Position numbers and translations under genes: made by a program. The notes below the pieces were generated by a model, which saw only the letters and a program-made list of their open reading frames with translations, was not told the origin of the DNA and did not search any database. A stretch of 64,000 nt of DNA from Anthoceros angustus. Its lineage: Eukaryota; Plantae; Anthocerotophyta. The stretch is taken from assembly GCA_010909165.1 (NCBI GenBank), contig MU008171.1, positions 434,001 through 498,000 of the forward strand, read 5' to 3'. Positions 25,110-37,549 of the stretch are shown here, in pieces (the first letter of the stretch is position 1; each line of letters opens with the position of its first letter).

Positions 25110-27489
25110 TCATGCACATTTGCGCATGCTTGTTGTGCAGAGTGATGTATGTGTGCAATGAGACTCACGCAACACTGGATGGCTAGCTGGCGTACATACT
25201 GATAGTCCATCTTTCAGAATCACAGCTTCTCCCTTCAAAGATGCCAGGCCTGTGTCCAGGATCCTCACATCGACATAATCTCCAGCCTTACCTAAAGCAT
25301 TGCCTGCATGGCCAGAATAATCTGAAGAACAGAAGGGTTAGGCAGCCTCCTTGGAGTACAGGAAAATCCACAACACTAGTATACACTGGCAGCATACCTT
25401 GCACTGATATGGGCACATTTGGAAAGACCACTTTGTGCCCCATGTCATTGCGGCCAATGAGCTCTCCCGTTGGGTTTCGCTTGTTAGGTCCCTCAACCAG
25501 AACAAGCTGTGTAGACCCCACTAGTGATTCATATCTTCCCTTGCTACTTGCTCGAAAGGTTGTGATAAGCTCTGCAAGTCGTCGTTGCTTTACAGTTGAC
25601 TCCACGTCATCACAGTAATTTCGATGCGCATGAGTCTTGTCTCTCATACTGTAGGCAAACATGTAGGCCATATCATAGCCGACAGCTTCGACTAAGCTGA
25701 GTGTGTCCCTATGTTCCTCTTCCGTTTCTCCACAAAATCCTGCACATCGAACCAACTGAAACTCAGTGCAGGAAGGCAGGAACGGCATTGTAAACCACCT
25801 CTTGTATAAAGAAGGACAGGAGAAAGAAGGACCTGTGATGAAGTCGCTGCTAACGCTCACATGTGGTACAATATCACGCACCCGGCTGACAAGGGCAAGA
25901 TATGCTTCCCTCGTGTACCCTCTGCGCATTCTTTCCAGCACTGTTGAGCTTCCACTTTGAGCAGGTAAATGTATCGAGTTACAGATGTTGGAGCGCTCTG
26001 CCATCAGGAACAGCAACTCATCTGGAAAGTCCTTTGGATGTGGGGAGGTGAATCGAAATCTCATCTGAGGGTACAGATTTGACAAGCAGTCCAACAAGTT
26101 TACAAACCTTAATCCCCCATCCTTGACTTTACAGATGCTAGAAAAGCCAGCACTTAAGGTCACCTCCCGTTTCTTTGAAGGGTTACCTTCAAGGCTGGGG
26201 TTGACACCTTCTCCAATATGTCTCTCCTGAGAGCTTGTACTGGGAACAAGTCCTGGGTACCAATCCTTAACAGAGTTTCCAGAAGTATCATTGTAACTGT
26301 TCACATTCTGGCCAAGCAGCATCACCTCCTTCACTCCCTGCTCCCAAAGTTCCCCCACTTCCCTAACTATGGAATCCACTGGCCTCGACCTTTCCCTCCC
26401 TCTAGTGAAGGGAACAATGCAATAAGAGCACATGTTGTTGCAACCCCTCATTATAGACACAAAAGCTGAAATAGGTGACTTGGAGATCCTTACTGGAGAA
26501 ACATCTGCATACGTCTCCTCCAAGGACAACAGCGTATTGACCCCCCTGTGACCCTCATCTACCTGGGCCAGCAATCTGGGAAGGTCCCTGTAGGCATCAG
26601 GGCCACACACAACATCTACTAATTTATCACTTTCAATCAGCTTCTCCTTCAGCCTTTCTGCCATGCACCCTAGAACTGCCACTTTCGGAGGTGAAGCTGG
26701 CCGCATTCCCGACACCACGATGTTACGATTCCACCTGGTCTTGAGATGCTTGAAATAGCCAAGCCGATGCCAGATTTTGTGCTCCGCATTCTCCCTAATC
26801 GCACATGTGTTGATGAAAATAACGTCCGCTTCCTCCGGTTTACTCACAACTTCAGAGAATCCTGCGTCCTTCATGATCGCCAACACCACCTCCATGTCGT
26901 TGACATTCATCTGGCATCCATACGTTTCCACATACATCCGCCCGCGATGCTTAGGCTCAAATTCGGGCTCTCCATCCAGATAAGGCACCTGGGTCGACCT
27001 GAAATCCCAGCATCGCAGCTCCGTTACACTCCTTCAAGCAGACAGCACTTAGCAACCAACTTCATTCACACCCAGCTCAACGTACTTGCAATCTCTGATA
27101 GCAGAATCCGGAGATGCCAAGGCTCCCTGTCTCATGAAATCCCGCAGCCCCGGTCCTCCAGCAGGAGTCGAGACAGGCTGCTCTCCCGCCTGGAATCGAG
27201 ACACAGCAGAGGTGGCGCAGATCCCACGACCCCAATTCCGGGCCCCTGGTGGGCGCCCATCAATCGCCTTTGAATCTTTGGAACGCCTATCTCCACACAG
27301 CTGGTGGCAGGCTCCGCTCACCCGTGCTGCTCGAGCTTCGCTTGGACGCACAGCAGGTGATCCCGACAGGAAGTGCAGTCGTGCCAAATGCAAGTAACGC
27401 ACAGCAGAAGCAGCAGCAGCTGAGGAAGCCTTGACTACTTTGGCCTTGGACCCACCAGCAGCAGCAGCAGCTGTTGCTGCTGCTGCCAT
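25110..27489 (-). CDS. CDK5RAP1: Organellar tRNA methylthiotransferase MiaB/CDK5RAP1-like (radical SAM + TRAM, multi-exon)
   Basis: [41 protein letters not shown] (CX3CX2C), [26 protein letters not shown] and C-terminal TRAM segment [11 protein letters not shown]...ASLKGE. Confidence 0.93.
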
Positions 27490-28431
27490 GAGGCCTGGGC
27501 GCAGCAGCAATGTGACTCACAAGCAGGGTTTAGGGCTTAACCATGCTTGCAAGGACAGGATGCCAATCCCGATCCCGATCACAGTCAGTCCCGTGGATTA
27601 GCACCCCCAAATCATGCGGGAACATGAAACTGAATGTGAAACTTGTTGGGTCCAGGCCAGGGCGAAGACAGATACAACAAGCTAAGTAGAATGCCTATCG
27701 AGAACGGTGTCTTTTCAATTCCTGTATCCGGCATAGAGAATATAGAGCCCCTCCTGTGCTGTGATCAGCATCACCAAAATCTGCCATGATCCAATCTGTG
27801 CACAGCCTAGGCGCAGCAGGAGAAGGAGAAGGCCAATTTAAAAGTATCGGTCTGCCTCAAGGTCAGTGGGCTGGCATTCTGGCAATTCAAAGTACAAGGT
27901 GCATCCACACCCAGGCATTGAGCTAGCCGGGTGCATAGGGTTGGGCACCCACGTGCGAAGTTTGAACAACGGTCATGGTCTTGCATCTTGCAACAGAAGG
28001 CAAGCTGTACTAGCTGTCATCGTGTATCCATGCATGGGAGTTCTATTTCTGCGGAGTAGTAGATGCTGGCTGGCACTTCGGGGAAGAACAGGATACGAGA
28101 TGGCAAATTCATGGCGGTAGTAAGTCTAGAGATAGTATCATCATCTCATTCCAGCATATCGACTTCTCGTTGGCATAGAACAAATCAGGTCTCGGTAGAG
28201 AAGGATGCAGGATGTGGGATCCAAGTAGTACTGGTGTTTGGGAGCGTCCTTTTGTCTTCTGTTCCCTTCCGCCAGGTTGCCCTACTGGTCTGGAGACCCG
28301 GTGCTTTGCTAGTTGATGTCGGGTTTCCCAGACGGGGATGTGTTTTAGTGACAGTGAAGAGCAGGCTGCACATCTGGTCGACGGAAGGAGTGGGAATTGA
28401 GGAGGTGCTGCATATCCTACCAAGTCCAATC

Positions 28432-30661
28432 ATGGCCAAAACCAAACGGAAGCACCTCGCTGCACTGGCAGCAATGGCAGGTGCTGTGGACAGAAGTGAT
28501 GGGAAGAGCATGGTGGAGCAGGAGCAGATCGAGGGAGAGAAGCAGAGGGGAAAGAGGACAGATCTGGAAGCTGGCAGACAGCAAGGCGATGGGGCATCAT
28601 CGTCTAAGGCTCAGCAGGCTAGGAAGTCGATGCCAGGAAATGTTGGTGGTGCATTGCTAGAGGAGAATGAGGAGGTGGAAGTGAGGAAACGGAGAGTCAT
28701 CATCAAGATACCTCCTCTGCCTCTGAAGCAGCCGAGGAAGCGGAAACAGGTTGTGCAGGAGGTGAAGGTAGCCCAGCAGGTGCAGGAACATGCAGAGCAG
28801 GGGCAGTCTGAGAGGGTCGGACATGAGGGTGGTGAGCAGCAGTCCGTGGTGGAAAGTGTGGACAGCAAACGGAGGAAAATTGGTGTTGATCTGCTCAAGC
28901 AGGATGTGAGCACGTTGCTGGCAAACATCGATAAATTGATCACGCAGGGAGACTGGAAGAAGGAGAAGGTGCCCCGAGATGGTGACAATACGGAGAACGA
29001 TGGAGCTGGGACGCAGAAAGCTTCCCCCAGCAAACATCCAAGGAAAAAGCGGGCTATCTCGGAACTTCCTACAGCTCTGGCCAATGCAATTCCTGTGGAA
29101 TGCTCGGCTGTTTTCGAGAGGGACAATCTCCATTCGGAAGGTGCTTCTAGGGTGCCCAGGGATGCAGATTGTGCAGAGGCCTCGAGCGATTCGGCAGCTG
29201 CACAGCCTGCAAAGAAGGGGATACCCAGACAGGGTTTGAAAGGATCCAGGAGAAGGTCAACAATGTCGTCAGGTGACACTCCGCAGACGCAGAAACGACA
29301 GCTTCCAGGGGCCTCTCCTGGAGGAAGGAAAAGGTGGAAAGAGGATGTTTCTGAAGCCAAGGAAAATGGAGCACTGGATGGTCATGTTCCAGGAAGAAGT
29401 GAGCACAAACAAGGTAACCTTCTGAGCCATCGAGCTTGCAATACACTCATTCTTTTCATGTCGTGATGTTGTGATGACACAGCTTCCAGCCATGCTAATA
29501 AGTCTGTGTTGCTGCAATGGAAAAGCTGTGTGGAACAACAGCAATGTTGATCTTGTGGTGCCGTTCTATACTGACTTGGAACGTGGCTTTGTCTTGATTT
29601 CTTCAGCCACTGGTCCTGACACGGTGGGCACACCGTGTTCCCCTCAAGCCAGTACCGGTGCCAATGGGAAAGACCCATTGGCATCAGCTGTACAGGTCCA
29701 GAAAACTCCACTGTCGACTACAAGAAGCCTTCGGAGCCAAAAGGGACCTCTTCTAGGGGCCGATGATTTGCCAGTATACAAACGGAGGAGACGTGTGTCC
29801 AAGGCCAATCAGCCCGAAGTGGACAAGGAACAAGCTTCTGCTGAAAGGCCTACTAGCATTCAAAACCGAGCCCTAGAGAGAGCAGATGTTGCTTCTGGCG
29901 ACTCATATGGAGGATCTGGCGAGCTGCCAGCGACAACAGCGCCGGTTGCAGCACGACAACTTCAGCAAAATCCTGCCTCACCAGAACCTTGTCAAAGGGA
30001 AGGGCCTTCTACTGCAATGCTGGTTTCTGATATGGACGTCTCCTGGTCGGGAAGTAGGCATATATCACGGACGAGGTCAAACCAGTTGGACACATCCCAG
30101 ATCCGTGCCAGGCACAACAGCCTCTTCGACTACAGGAACTCGTCATCTCAATCCGGGGGCCATGAAAGTTCTGGTGAGAAGGATTTGGCACTTGGTTCTA
30201 CAGAGCTGGTCGGTGAAGGTCCACTGAACTCTCTTAAGTCCATTGCCTCTGCGGAGATGGAGCAGGCGGACAAGGCAACGGTTGAGTTCGGGGTTTTGGA
30301 TAAGGCTCTCTCATACCAGCTTGGCATGGATGGAAATCCGCAGAAACACACGCAGAAGGGATTTTCCACAGACAACTTGGTCTCGACTCATCAACCGAAG
30401 TTCAGGATGAACCAGACTACTCTGTCTCTCGACAGACAAGTTGAGAATCTGACAAACGGACTGAAGGCAGCCGGAGGCACGACTGCATTTCTGAGGTCTC
30501 AAGGTCTAGAACAGTTAGTGCCAGTTTTAGAAGCCCAGAAGCTTGATGAATCAAGTCTGCTGCAGCTGACCATGAGTAGCCTGAAAGACAAGGGAATCCA
30601 TGCAATTGGACCCCGAAGAAAGCTCATCTCAGCAATCAGCAAACTCTCCAGTAACCAGTAG
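28432..30661 (+). CDS. Low-complexity protein with C-terminal SAM (sterile alpha motif) domain (2 exons, intron ~29413-29608)
   Basis: Two long ORFs joined by a GT-AG intron. C-terminus FLRSQGLEQLVPVLEAQKLDESSLLQLTMSSLKDKGIHAIGPRRKLISAI fits the SAM consensus. Lys/Arg-rich NLS-like patches. Confidence 0.75.
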
Positions 30662-31009
30662 TCTTTCTCTGTCGTGGACATGTCGACATCTATTAATTCA
30701 TTTTGGACCAGAGGTCCATTTTTACAGGCGATTTGTCCGTGGTCATGCAGCAAGTCGCGTATTATAAAGACACGCAGAACTTCAAAAAACTTGGGGCTGG
30801 GCTGGGCTGGCTCCTCTTAGCTTCAAATCAGCAGCGTGCTGGGCCATGAGGGCTGCAGAAAAAATACCTCTCGCAACATGTTGGCAAGCTTGCTCTCTTC
30901 CGAGTTGCTGACTCTTCTTCCGTCTCCAGCAAAAACTTGCATTCCTCCCGGGAGCCCAGAAAAACCCATTCACGGGTAAAACATATCCACCAAAAGCCTT
31001 GGAAGCCAG

Positions 31010-34000
31010 CTAAGAACAAATCTTGTCAATCACTTCTTTAATGTCCACACATGGAAGTACAGTGATCCCGCTGTACAGAACCGTATTCCCTGCGTGTTTG
31101 GGAACAACACAGAATTTGAAGCCCATCTTCCCAGCTTCAGTGATCCGTCGCTCCAGCTGTCCAACCTACCACGTGGTCAGGAATTAGTTGGCTACTGAGC
31201 TGCAAGAGAGCCATCAAAGCAGAGGTCACCAAAGCATACAACAAGGAACCAGCCTATGTTCAACAGTCAGAAGTACGTACTGAACGGAGTTCACCACCAA
31301 GTCCAATCTCTCCAATGAAGGCCATGTCCCGGGGAACGGATGTTTCCATGAAGCTGCAAGGGAACGATGATTTTACAGGAGGGTCAACTAGTCGCAAAGA
31401 AGCAAGGTCCGTACAGAGGGAAGATTCAAACTGACCTGCTGGCAACAGCAACGGCAATGGCTACATCCGCTGCGGGTTCCCGTAATTGCATTCCGCCCAC
31501 CACATTAATGAAGATATCCTGACCAGAAAGAAAACCCATACTAGTTGACTTTGTACGGCCATGGTGCAAATTAGCAACAGCTTACAGTATTCGCTTAAGC
31601 TGAAAGTACACCTGATTGGACAGCTTCAAACCTGCCTGTTTTGAAAGCACCTGACAAATAGAAAGAGGCTCAAATGAAAGACACTTCAAGCATCACGACA
31701 TAGTCGGCAATTTGGTACTACAATACTGAGTTGTGCAACAATTCAAAGAAAACATACTGCAAGAAGCAGAAACAATCGGTGTGCATCAACTCCATTGGCA
31801 GTGCGCCTACCAGCTTGAGCGACAGGGGCACAAAGAGCCTAAGCTGAACTCAAACACATCGAAATTAGAGCTGGCAAACAGGGAGCGGCAATCAGGAGGG
31901 TGAGTAGCTTAATTCTGCACCTGCACTTCCAGCAATAAGGGACGTGACCCTTCCATCGTTACAGCCACAGCTGCTGATGCAGCATAAGTAGAATCTAATC
32001 CTCGATCACTCAAAAAGATGTCGTTGGGATTTGGCACAGCAACAAGACCACCCTTGACCATTTCAAACACTCCCACCTGAAGTGGTGACAAGACTTCACT
32101 CAGCCCTTCAGTAAGAACCGGATCACCATGACTCAAATAGTGAAGAGCGAATGAGAAGGCTTCCATTAAGGGGGAACCAAAGGATGCACCTCATCAGTCG
32201 AGCCATATCTGTTTTTGACAACTCTCAGTAGCCGATGAGACTGTAGTCTTTCCCCCTGTTGACCCGACCTATCAATCGCTAACACAAGAGCATAGTACAC
32301 AACATCCAAACCTTGCAGTTTCAGATGCTTTTTAAAGCAAGTTGTCCAAGAGTGGAGACCTCCATATAAAGCACAACATCAACTATATGCTCCAGAACTC
32401 GAGGTCCAGCAATATCCCCCGTCTTTGTTACATGCCCCACCTGGTAGAGAAACACGTGGTCAGAAGGGAACTCAAAACTGGCGATATGAGGACATAATTC
32501 CGCTGAACACAACTGAACATAAGAGATGCAATCAATACCAGGAATATTGGCGTGTGTGTTTGCTTTGCAAATCTGAGCAATGCAGTGGCACACTCCCTAA
32601 CCTGTTCCCACAGGGAATGGAAAATAAAGCACAATGGCGTTAGAGTTATGCCTGCGGTAGTGCCTACAGGGATGCTCTGATGCTGGAGAACCAGAAGATG
32701 CAATATGCATGCCGAAAACAGACAAGGGCTGCCCAGAGAAGGTTCAGCCTAAAAAGCAATACTTGCCTGACTCACACTTCCGGCACTGCCAGTAGCTTCT
32801 GGCAAGTAGACTGTTTGTATTGAGTCCACGATGACTGCCCTCGGCGACAGCTCCTGGATGGCTTTGAGCACTAGCTACAACAGCAGACAGGACACAGCAT
32901 CAGCTCTGATCTCATGAGATGAAACACTCCTCAATCTGCACACAAAAAAAGCCTGATGCCGGAGACCACCTCAAGGTCTGTAGCTGAGTAAAGAAACAAA
33001 TCATGTGCCGCGACGTTTAGGCGTTTTGCTCTGCTACCAACTTGCTCCACGCTCTGCGCAAGGAGAGGCAACACAACTGGTCAGATGAGTGTTGCAACAT
33101 AGTAGAATTCAAGCCGGCTGCTGGTACATACACAACACCTCACACCATATACCTCCTCCCCGGACACATAGAGCACTGGAGCTGGTCCACAAGACTCAGA
33201 GCCCTCAGCCAGAAGTCCTGCAACCTGAATGCGAAAGTGCAGGGATTTGAAATTACACGAAGGCCATAATAAAACATACACATACAGAGCATGGAATCGC
33301 AACACAGTAGCAACGTAGTAGCGAAATTCAGGTACCTGTAATAGCAACGTACTCTTGCCAACGCCCGGGTCCCCACCCAGCAGCAGCAACGATCCTGGAC
33401 CCCCACAGCTAGCTCATGACATGATACTGGGTAACAAGCACAAGAGGGTCTCAAATACAAACCAACCTGAACATGGACACATACCGTGAACCAATCCACC
33501 TCCCAGCACCCTGGAAACCTCCTCCCCAGTCTGGCCAGGTCTGCAAAATCCATCCCCCGGTTGCCCCTCATGTCCCAAATGCTTGCAATTCATGCCGCCC
33601 TCTTCTCATCTCACAGCAGCAGGAGAAGGGGTCGGAGCAAGAGCCGCACAGAAGAATCCTCTGCAGTTGCTGGGAGCCGCCGTTGAGGATGTCCTGCACC
33701 CGCTGCGGGTTCACATACTTGGGATTGACCCAGCCTGGAGAACGGGAAGAGGAGGTCTGGGGAGGGGCAGCAGCCAGGCGGTCCACAGTCCTCAAGGCGG
33801 CTCCTCCCCCTGCAGACCCAGCAGCAGGCTCGTAGAAGCGTTTCAAAGTGTTGGCCTGGTGGCACACGGTGCACTGCCCCCACCATTGCGAAGTGGTCTC
33901 CCCGCACTGGTCGCACACCCAGTGCGACTTCCCCTTGGCCTGCTTGCTGCTGCCCCGGATTTCAGCAAAGCTTGAAGAAGAAGCCGAGAACCCCGAGCAG

Positions 34001-34116
34001 AGCAGTCGTGGGCGGTGGGTTCGGGCAGGCCGCACATCCACAGCCAGGCGTCCCAATCCCGCACCCAGCTGCCCGTGCAGCAGCCGGAGCTGCCGCAGGA
34101 CAGCCAGGCGTTGCAT
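31010..34116 (-). CDS. RADA: Organellar DNA repair protein RadA/Sms-like (multi-exon)
   Basis: C4 zinc finger WVCDQCG...WWGQCTVC, Walker [73 protein letters not shown]. Stop TAG at 31010-31012. Confidence 0.93.
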
Positions 34117-34315
34117 CTTTTTGCTCAGTTCCTTGTTCCTTTCCTGCTCCTCGATATGCTGGGAAAGCTATTCATGGCTGTGGCCGGCCTTAAAAGTTGT
34201 GGAGGCCTGTTAGCGAGGGTCGTTGCAGAGAATGGTGACAGAGGCGAGCAAGGATCGGTGCAGCCGCAGCCGCGGCGGCGGATAGCCCGCCTGCGGCCTG
34301 CCCACCTGCCATCTC

Positions 34316-35432
34316 ATGGCGGATGAGCAGGAGGTGGCGCTGTTTTCGCCCTACGCTGCCTTCCCAAGCAGCCACAAGCAGCAGCAGCAGCCATGGGAGC
34401 AGGTGGAGGGGGAAGACGCGCAGGAGGAGGGTGGTGAGGAACAGGGGCCAGGATATGGGAACCAGGATGAAGCGGAGAAGAAGACGCGTCACCAGGCCGT
34501 GCTGATCGAACAGCTGCTGGACGAGCGCTGGTTTTGGGACAATGTGGTGCGATGGCGGAAGCCCTCCAAGCCTGCTGCAGCAGCTGCTGCTGCGGCTCCC
34601 TCATCCGCCTCGCTCTTGAGCTCCCCTTCCGGCAGCAGGCGGCTCGTTGCTGGAGTCCGTCGCTGCAGCAGCAGCAGCAGCATCGAGCTGATGGAGCCGT
34701 TGAGGCCCCGGCAGAGCAGCCCACGCCGGTCCCTGCTCCTGGGGGAGGCTAAGCGCAGGTTCGGGGACATCCGGATCCAGGTGCCGGAGAGACGGCAGGA
34801 CCTGGACGAGCTAACCTTTCTGGGCGATGTGGAGGAAGAGGCGGAGTACAACGACAAGCAGAAGCCACCAGCCCAGCAGCAACAACCACAACAACAACAG
34901 CAACAACAACAACAACAGCACGGTTCTCGGACTCCTGTAGGAACCCATCATCCTCCTTCCGAGGTAATGCCTCCATTGCTGCTCCTGGAACTGCTGCTTC
35001 TGGAACTCTGCTCCTGGAATGGTTGCGCTGCTGCCGGCCTTGTGTGAAAGAGAATTGTTGGTGCAGGAGCTGCCGGAATCGCCCACCACCACCAAGTCTC
35101 CTGGGAAGCTGGGGAGGCGCAGGCTGAACAGGCGGGGAAGAGGGTCCAAGAGCCTGACCGAGCTGGAGATCGATGAGCTGCGGGGATGCCTGGACCTGGG
35201 ATTCAGGCCCAGCAGCAAGGACGCGTTGTCGCCCCGGGTGGTGAGGGTGGGATCCCCCACTGCTAGTGGAAGACAGCAGCATTACGCATCCCAGGGCTGG
35301 CTCATCAGCAGGCCTGATTCCCCGTTGCTTAATTGGCGGGTGCCTGGGCCCAACCAGCCGGGGGTGGACATGAAGAAGCATCTCAAGTTCTGGGCAAACG
35401 CCGTCGCCTCCACCGTGCGCCAGGAGTGCTAG
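34316..35432 (+). CDS. DUF1685 family plant protein (2 exons, intron 34964-35066)
   Basis: SKSLTELEIDELRGCLDLGF and NWRVPGP...DMKKHLKFWANAVASTVR match the DUF1685 consensus. The GAG|GTAATG donor and TGCAG acceptor join the two ORFs in phase 0. Confidence 0.8.
34874..34918 (+). repeat. Coding CAA/CAG polyglutamine microsatellite
   Basis: QQQQPQQQQQQQQQQ in exon 1 of the DUF1685 gene. Confidence 0.9.
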
Positions 35433-36309
35433 TTTACCGCATCCACGGCTTCCCCTTCGCCGTTTACCGGTCGCCCTTTCCCTCTGCCCGTGCCTTGGCA
35501 TGGCTTGGCTTGGCTTGTACACCACAATCCCGACCCACCCCAACCCACCTGCAGCCGTAGCTGTAGCTGCCTGTAAGCTATTGATTCTTTGTTCCCTTGC
35601 TTGCTTGTTTGCTTGCTCGTAGTGGTTTTGGAAGCCAATTGCTTCTGCCGGAACCTACTTACTTAATCCTCTTTCCTGCAGCCTCATGCAAGCCTGCTGG
35701 CTCGCCTGGCTTCCATGATTTCAGGCCTAATGGAGAATCTGCCTCTGGTCGGCCTCTCTAATAAGACTTTGGACTTGGGCCCCGAAAATCTTGTGGAGCT
35801 TCTCATCTACGGGTACTTGCGTCTTTGACGTATCCCTCCTGCCCATGCATTTGCTGCCGCTCCACACAAACAGTCAGCCATAACTGCCCGCGTTTGCCAT
35901 TGAGAAGGGTTTCAACAATCTTACTCAGTAATTGGGTCACTCACAGTAAAGGTGGTCCGGAGTTCACATGACCTACGTCGATGCATGTCCTACACCTTGT
36001 ACAAACAAAGGAAGAGAAATCCAAGAACCTCCATCTCCTACTAAACCCAGAATAAAAGCTTTACCTTACCTACTTTACCGATCTCCCTTTAGGCGAACTT
36101 TAGCTCACCTACTTTCCTGTGGAGAACGGATCAGCATCGGGTGGAAATAGGCCTCTGCACGAGGGTAGAAAAACTAATTTTCCTACCCATCTACTTAATA
36201 TATATCTCTAGAAAGGTTGTAAAAATTTGAACCAAATTATCTACCCATCTATATATGTGCATTGCTGCTTAGTATACATCCATCGTGTTTGAAAAGGTTA
36301 GTAAAAAAT

Positions 36310-36520
36310 CTTGAGAGGATTGAGAGGATAAAGGGCTTTTAGTAGTGTGAAAGAAAATCTTCTCCAATTAGAATTGAAAAAAGGTATGAAGGTTTTTATT
36401 TTATTTTAGGAAGGATTGGGAGGATAAAGGGCAAGCCTTGTAGTACCGTAGTCTGAAAGAATATCTTCTCCAATTAGAGTTAAAAAAGGGTATGAGGGTG
36501 TTTTTTATTTTGGACTTTCT
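36310..36520. repeat. Degenerate ~105 bp tandem duplication in AT-rich intergenic DNA
   Basis: GAGGATAAAGGGC...TCTTCTCCAATTAGA...AAAAAAGG(G)TATGA...TTTTTATTT occurs twice. Confidence 0.6.
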
Positions 36521-37097
36521 TTCACGCTTAAAAACTAGTGGTCATGTGTGTTGGGGAAAGCTTGAATGTCTAAAAGCTTAAAGGAAATTTTTGCCATTTA
36601 TGCATAAATGTGTGAGGAAAAAAAATTACAACTTGTTACATGAAGAGTCAAAGAAAATAGCATAGTACAAAGTGGCACAAGTACAAAAAGACAAGGCTGC
36701 ATACATATGGGATTATCGTTTTCAACAAGTACAAAAAGATGGAGGGTGTAATGTATTGGCTCATCGTTTCCGTAGGTGAATCTCACAACAATGTACAAAA
36801 TGACGACCAGAGTACAAGCATTGGAGAACATCACTGCCATAGATAATCCCTCAAACTGAATTTGTTCTTGATATTCTTACTAATTGACACCATAAAATGT
36901 TCCTACAACTCACAAAGTGAATTCCTTCTTGATATTCTTATTGATTGATACCATAGAACGTTCCTACAATTGTATTGTAAATGTACCATATTCAGACACA
37001 CTGTCCTAGGTGAGTTGGAGACTTATTTATCATCTGTGTGTCTGAATCATAAGACCGTGAGACATAAACTCATACCTATTGCTCCAAAGTCTCAATT

Positions 37098-37195
37098 CGC
37101 TTTTATGAAATGAGAAGAGATAGGGTGAGCCCATCTACCTTTCTTTGCTTTTATGAAATGAAAAGAGAAAGATGAGCCCATCTACCTTTCTTTGA
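37098..37195. repeat. ~50 bp tandem duplication
   Basis: GCTTTTATGAAATGA.AAGAGA...TGAGCCCATCTACCTTTCTTTG occurs twice, adjacent. Confidence 0.8.
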
Positions 37196-37497
37196 AAGGC
37201 AAAGGACCCTAAGGCTTAATGGAAGAAGAAGCAACTAAGCTCCCAATCTAAAATTGCCCGTGGCTCTTACATTATCACGACTAGGCAAAACCTCATACCG
37301 ATTATTGGAAAGCATGCTAAGTTTGAAAGTTTGAAAGACTATAAATACAAAGGTATAAAATACATATTTCATAAATATCTAGTGTATATCAAAGGTACCC
37401 TTATCATGTAAAAAATAACTTAAATTATTTAAATTAATATATATATATACTTCCCATATCTATATATTTATGATACAAGATTTATACAATTATTTAA

Positions 37498-37500
<3 letters not shown>

Positions 37501-37545
<45 letters not shown>
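37501..37545. repeat. (TA)22 microsatellite
   Basis: Read directly. Confidence 0.97.
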
Positions 37546-37549
<4 letters not shown>

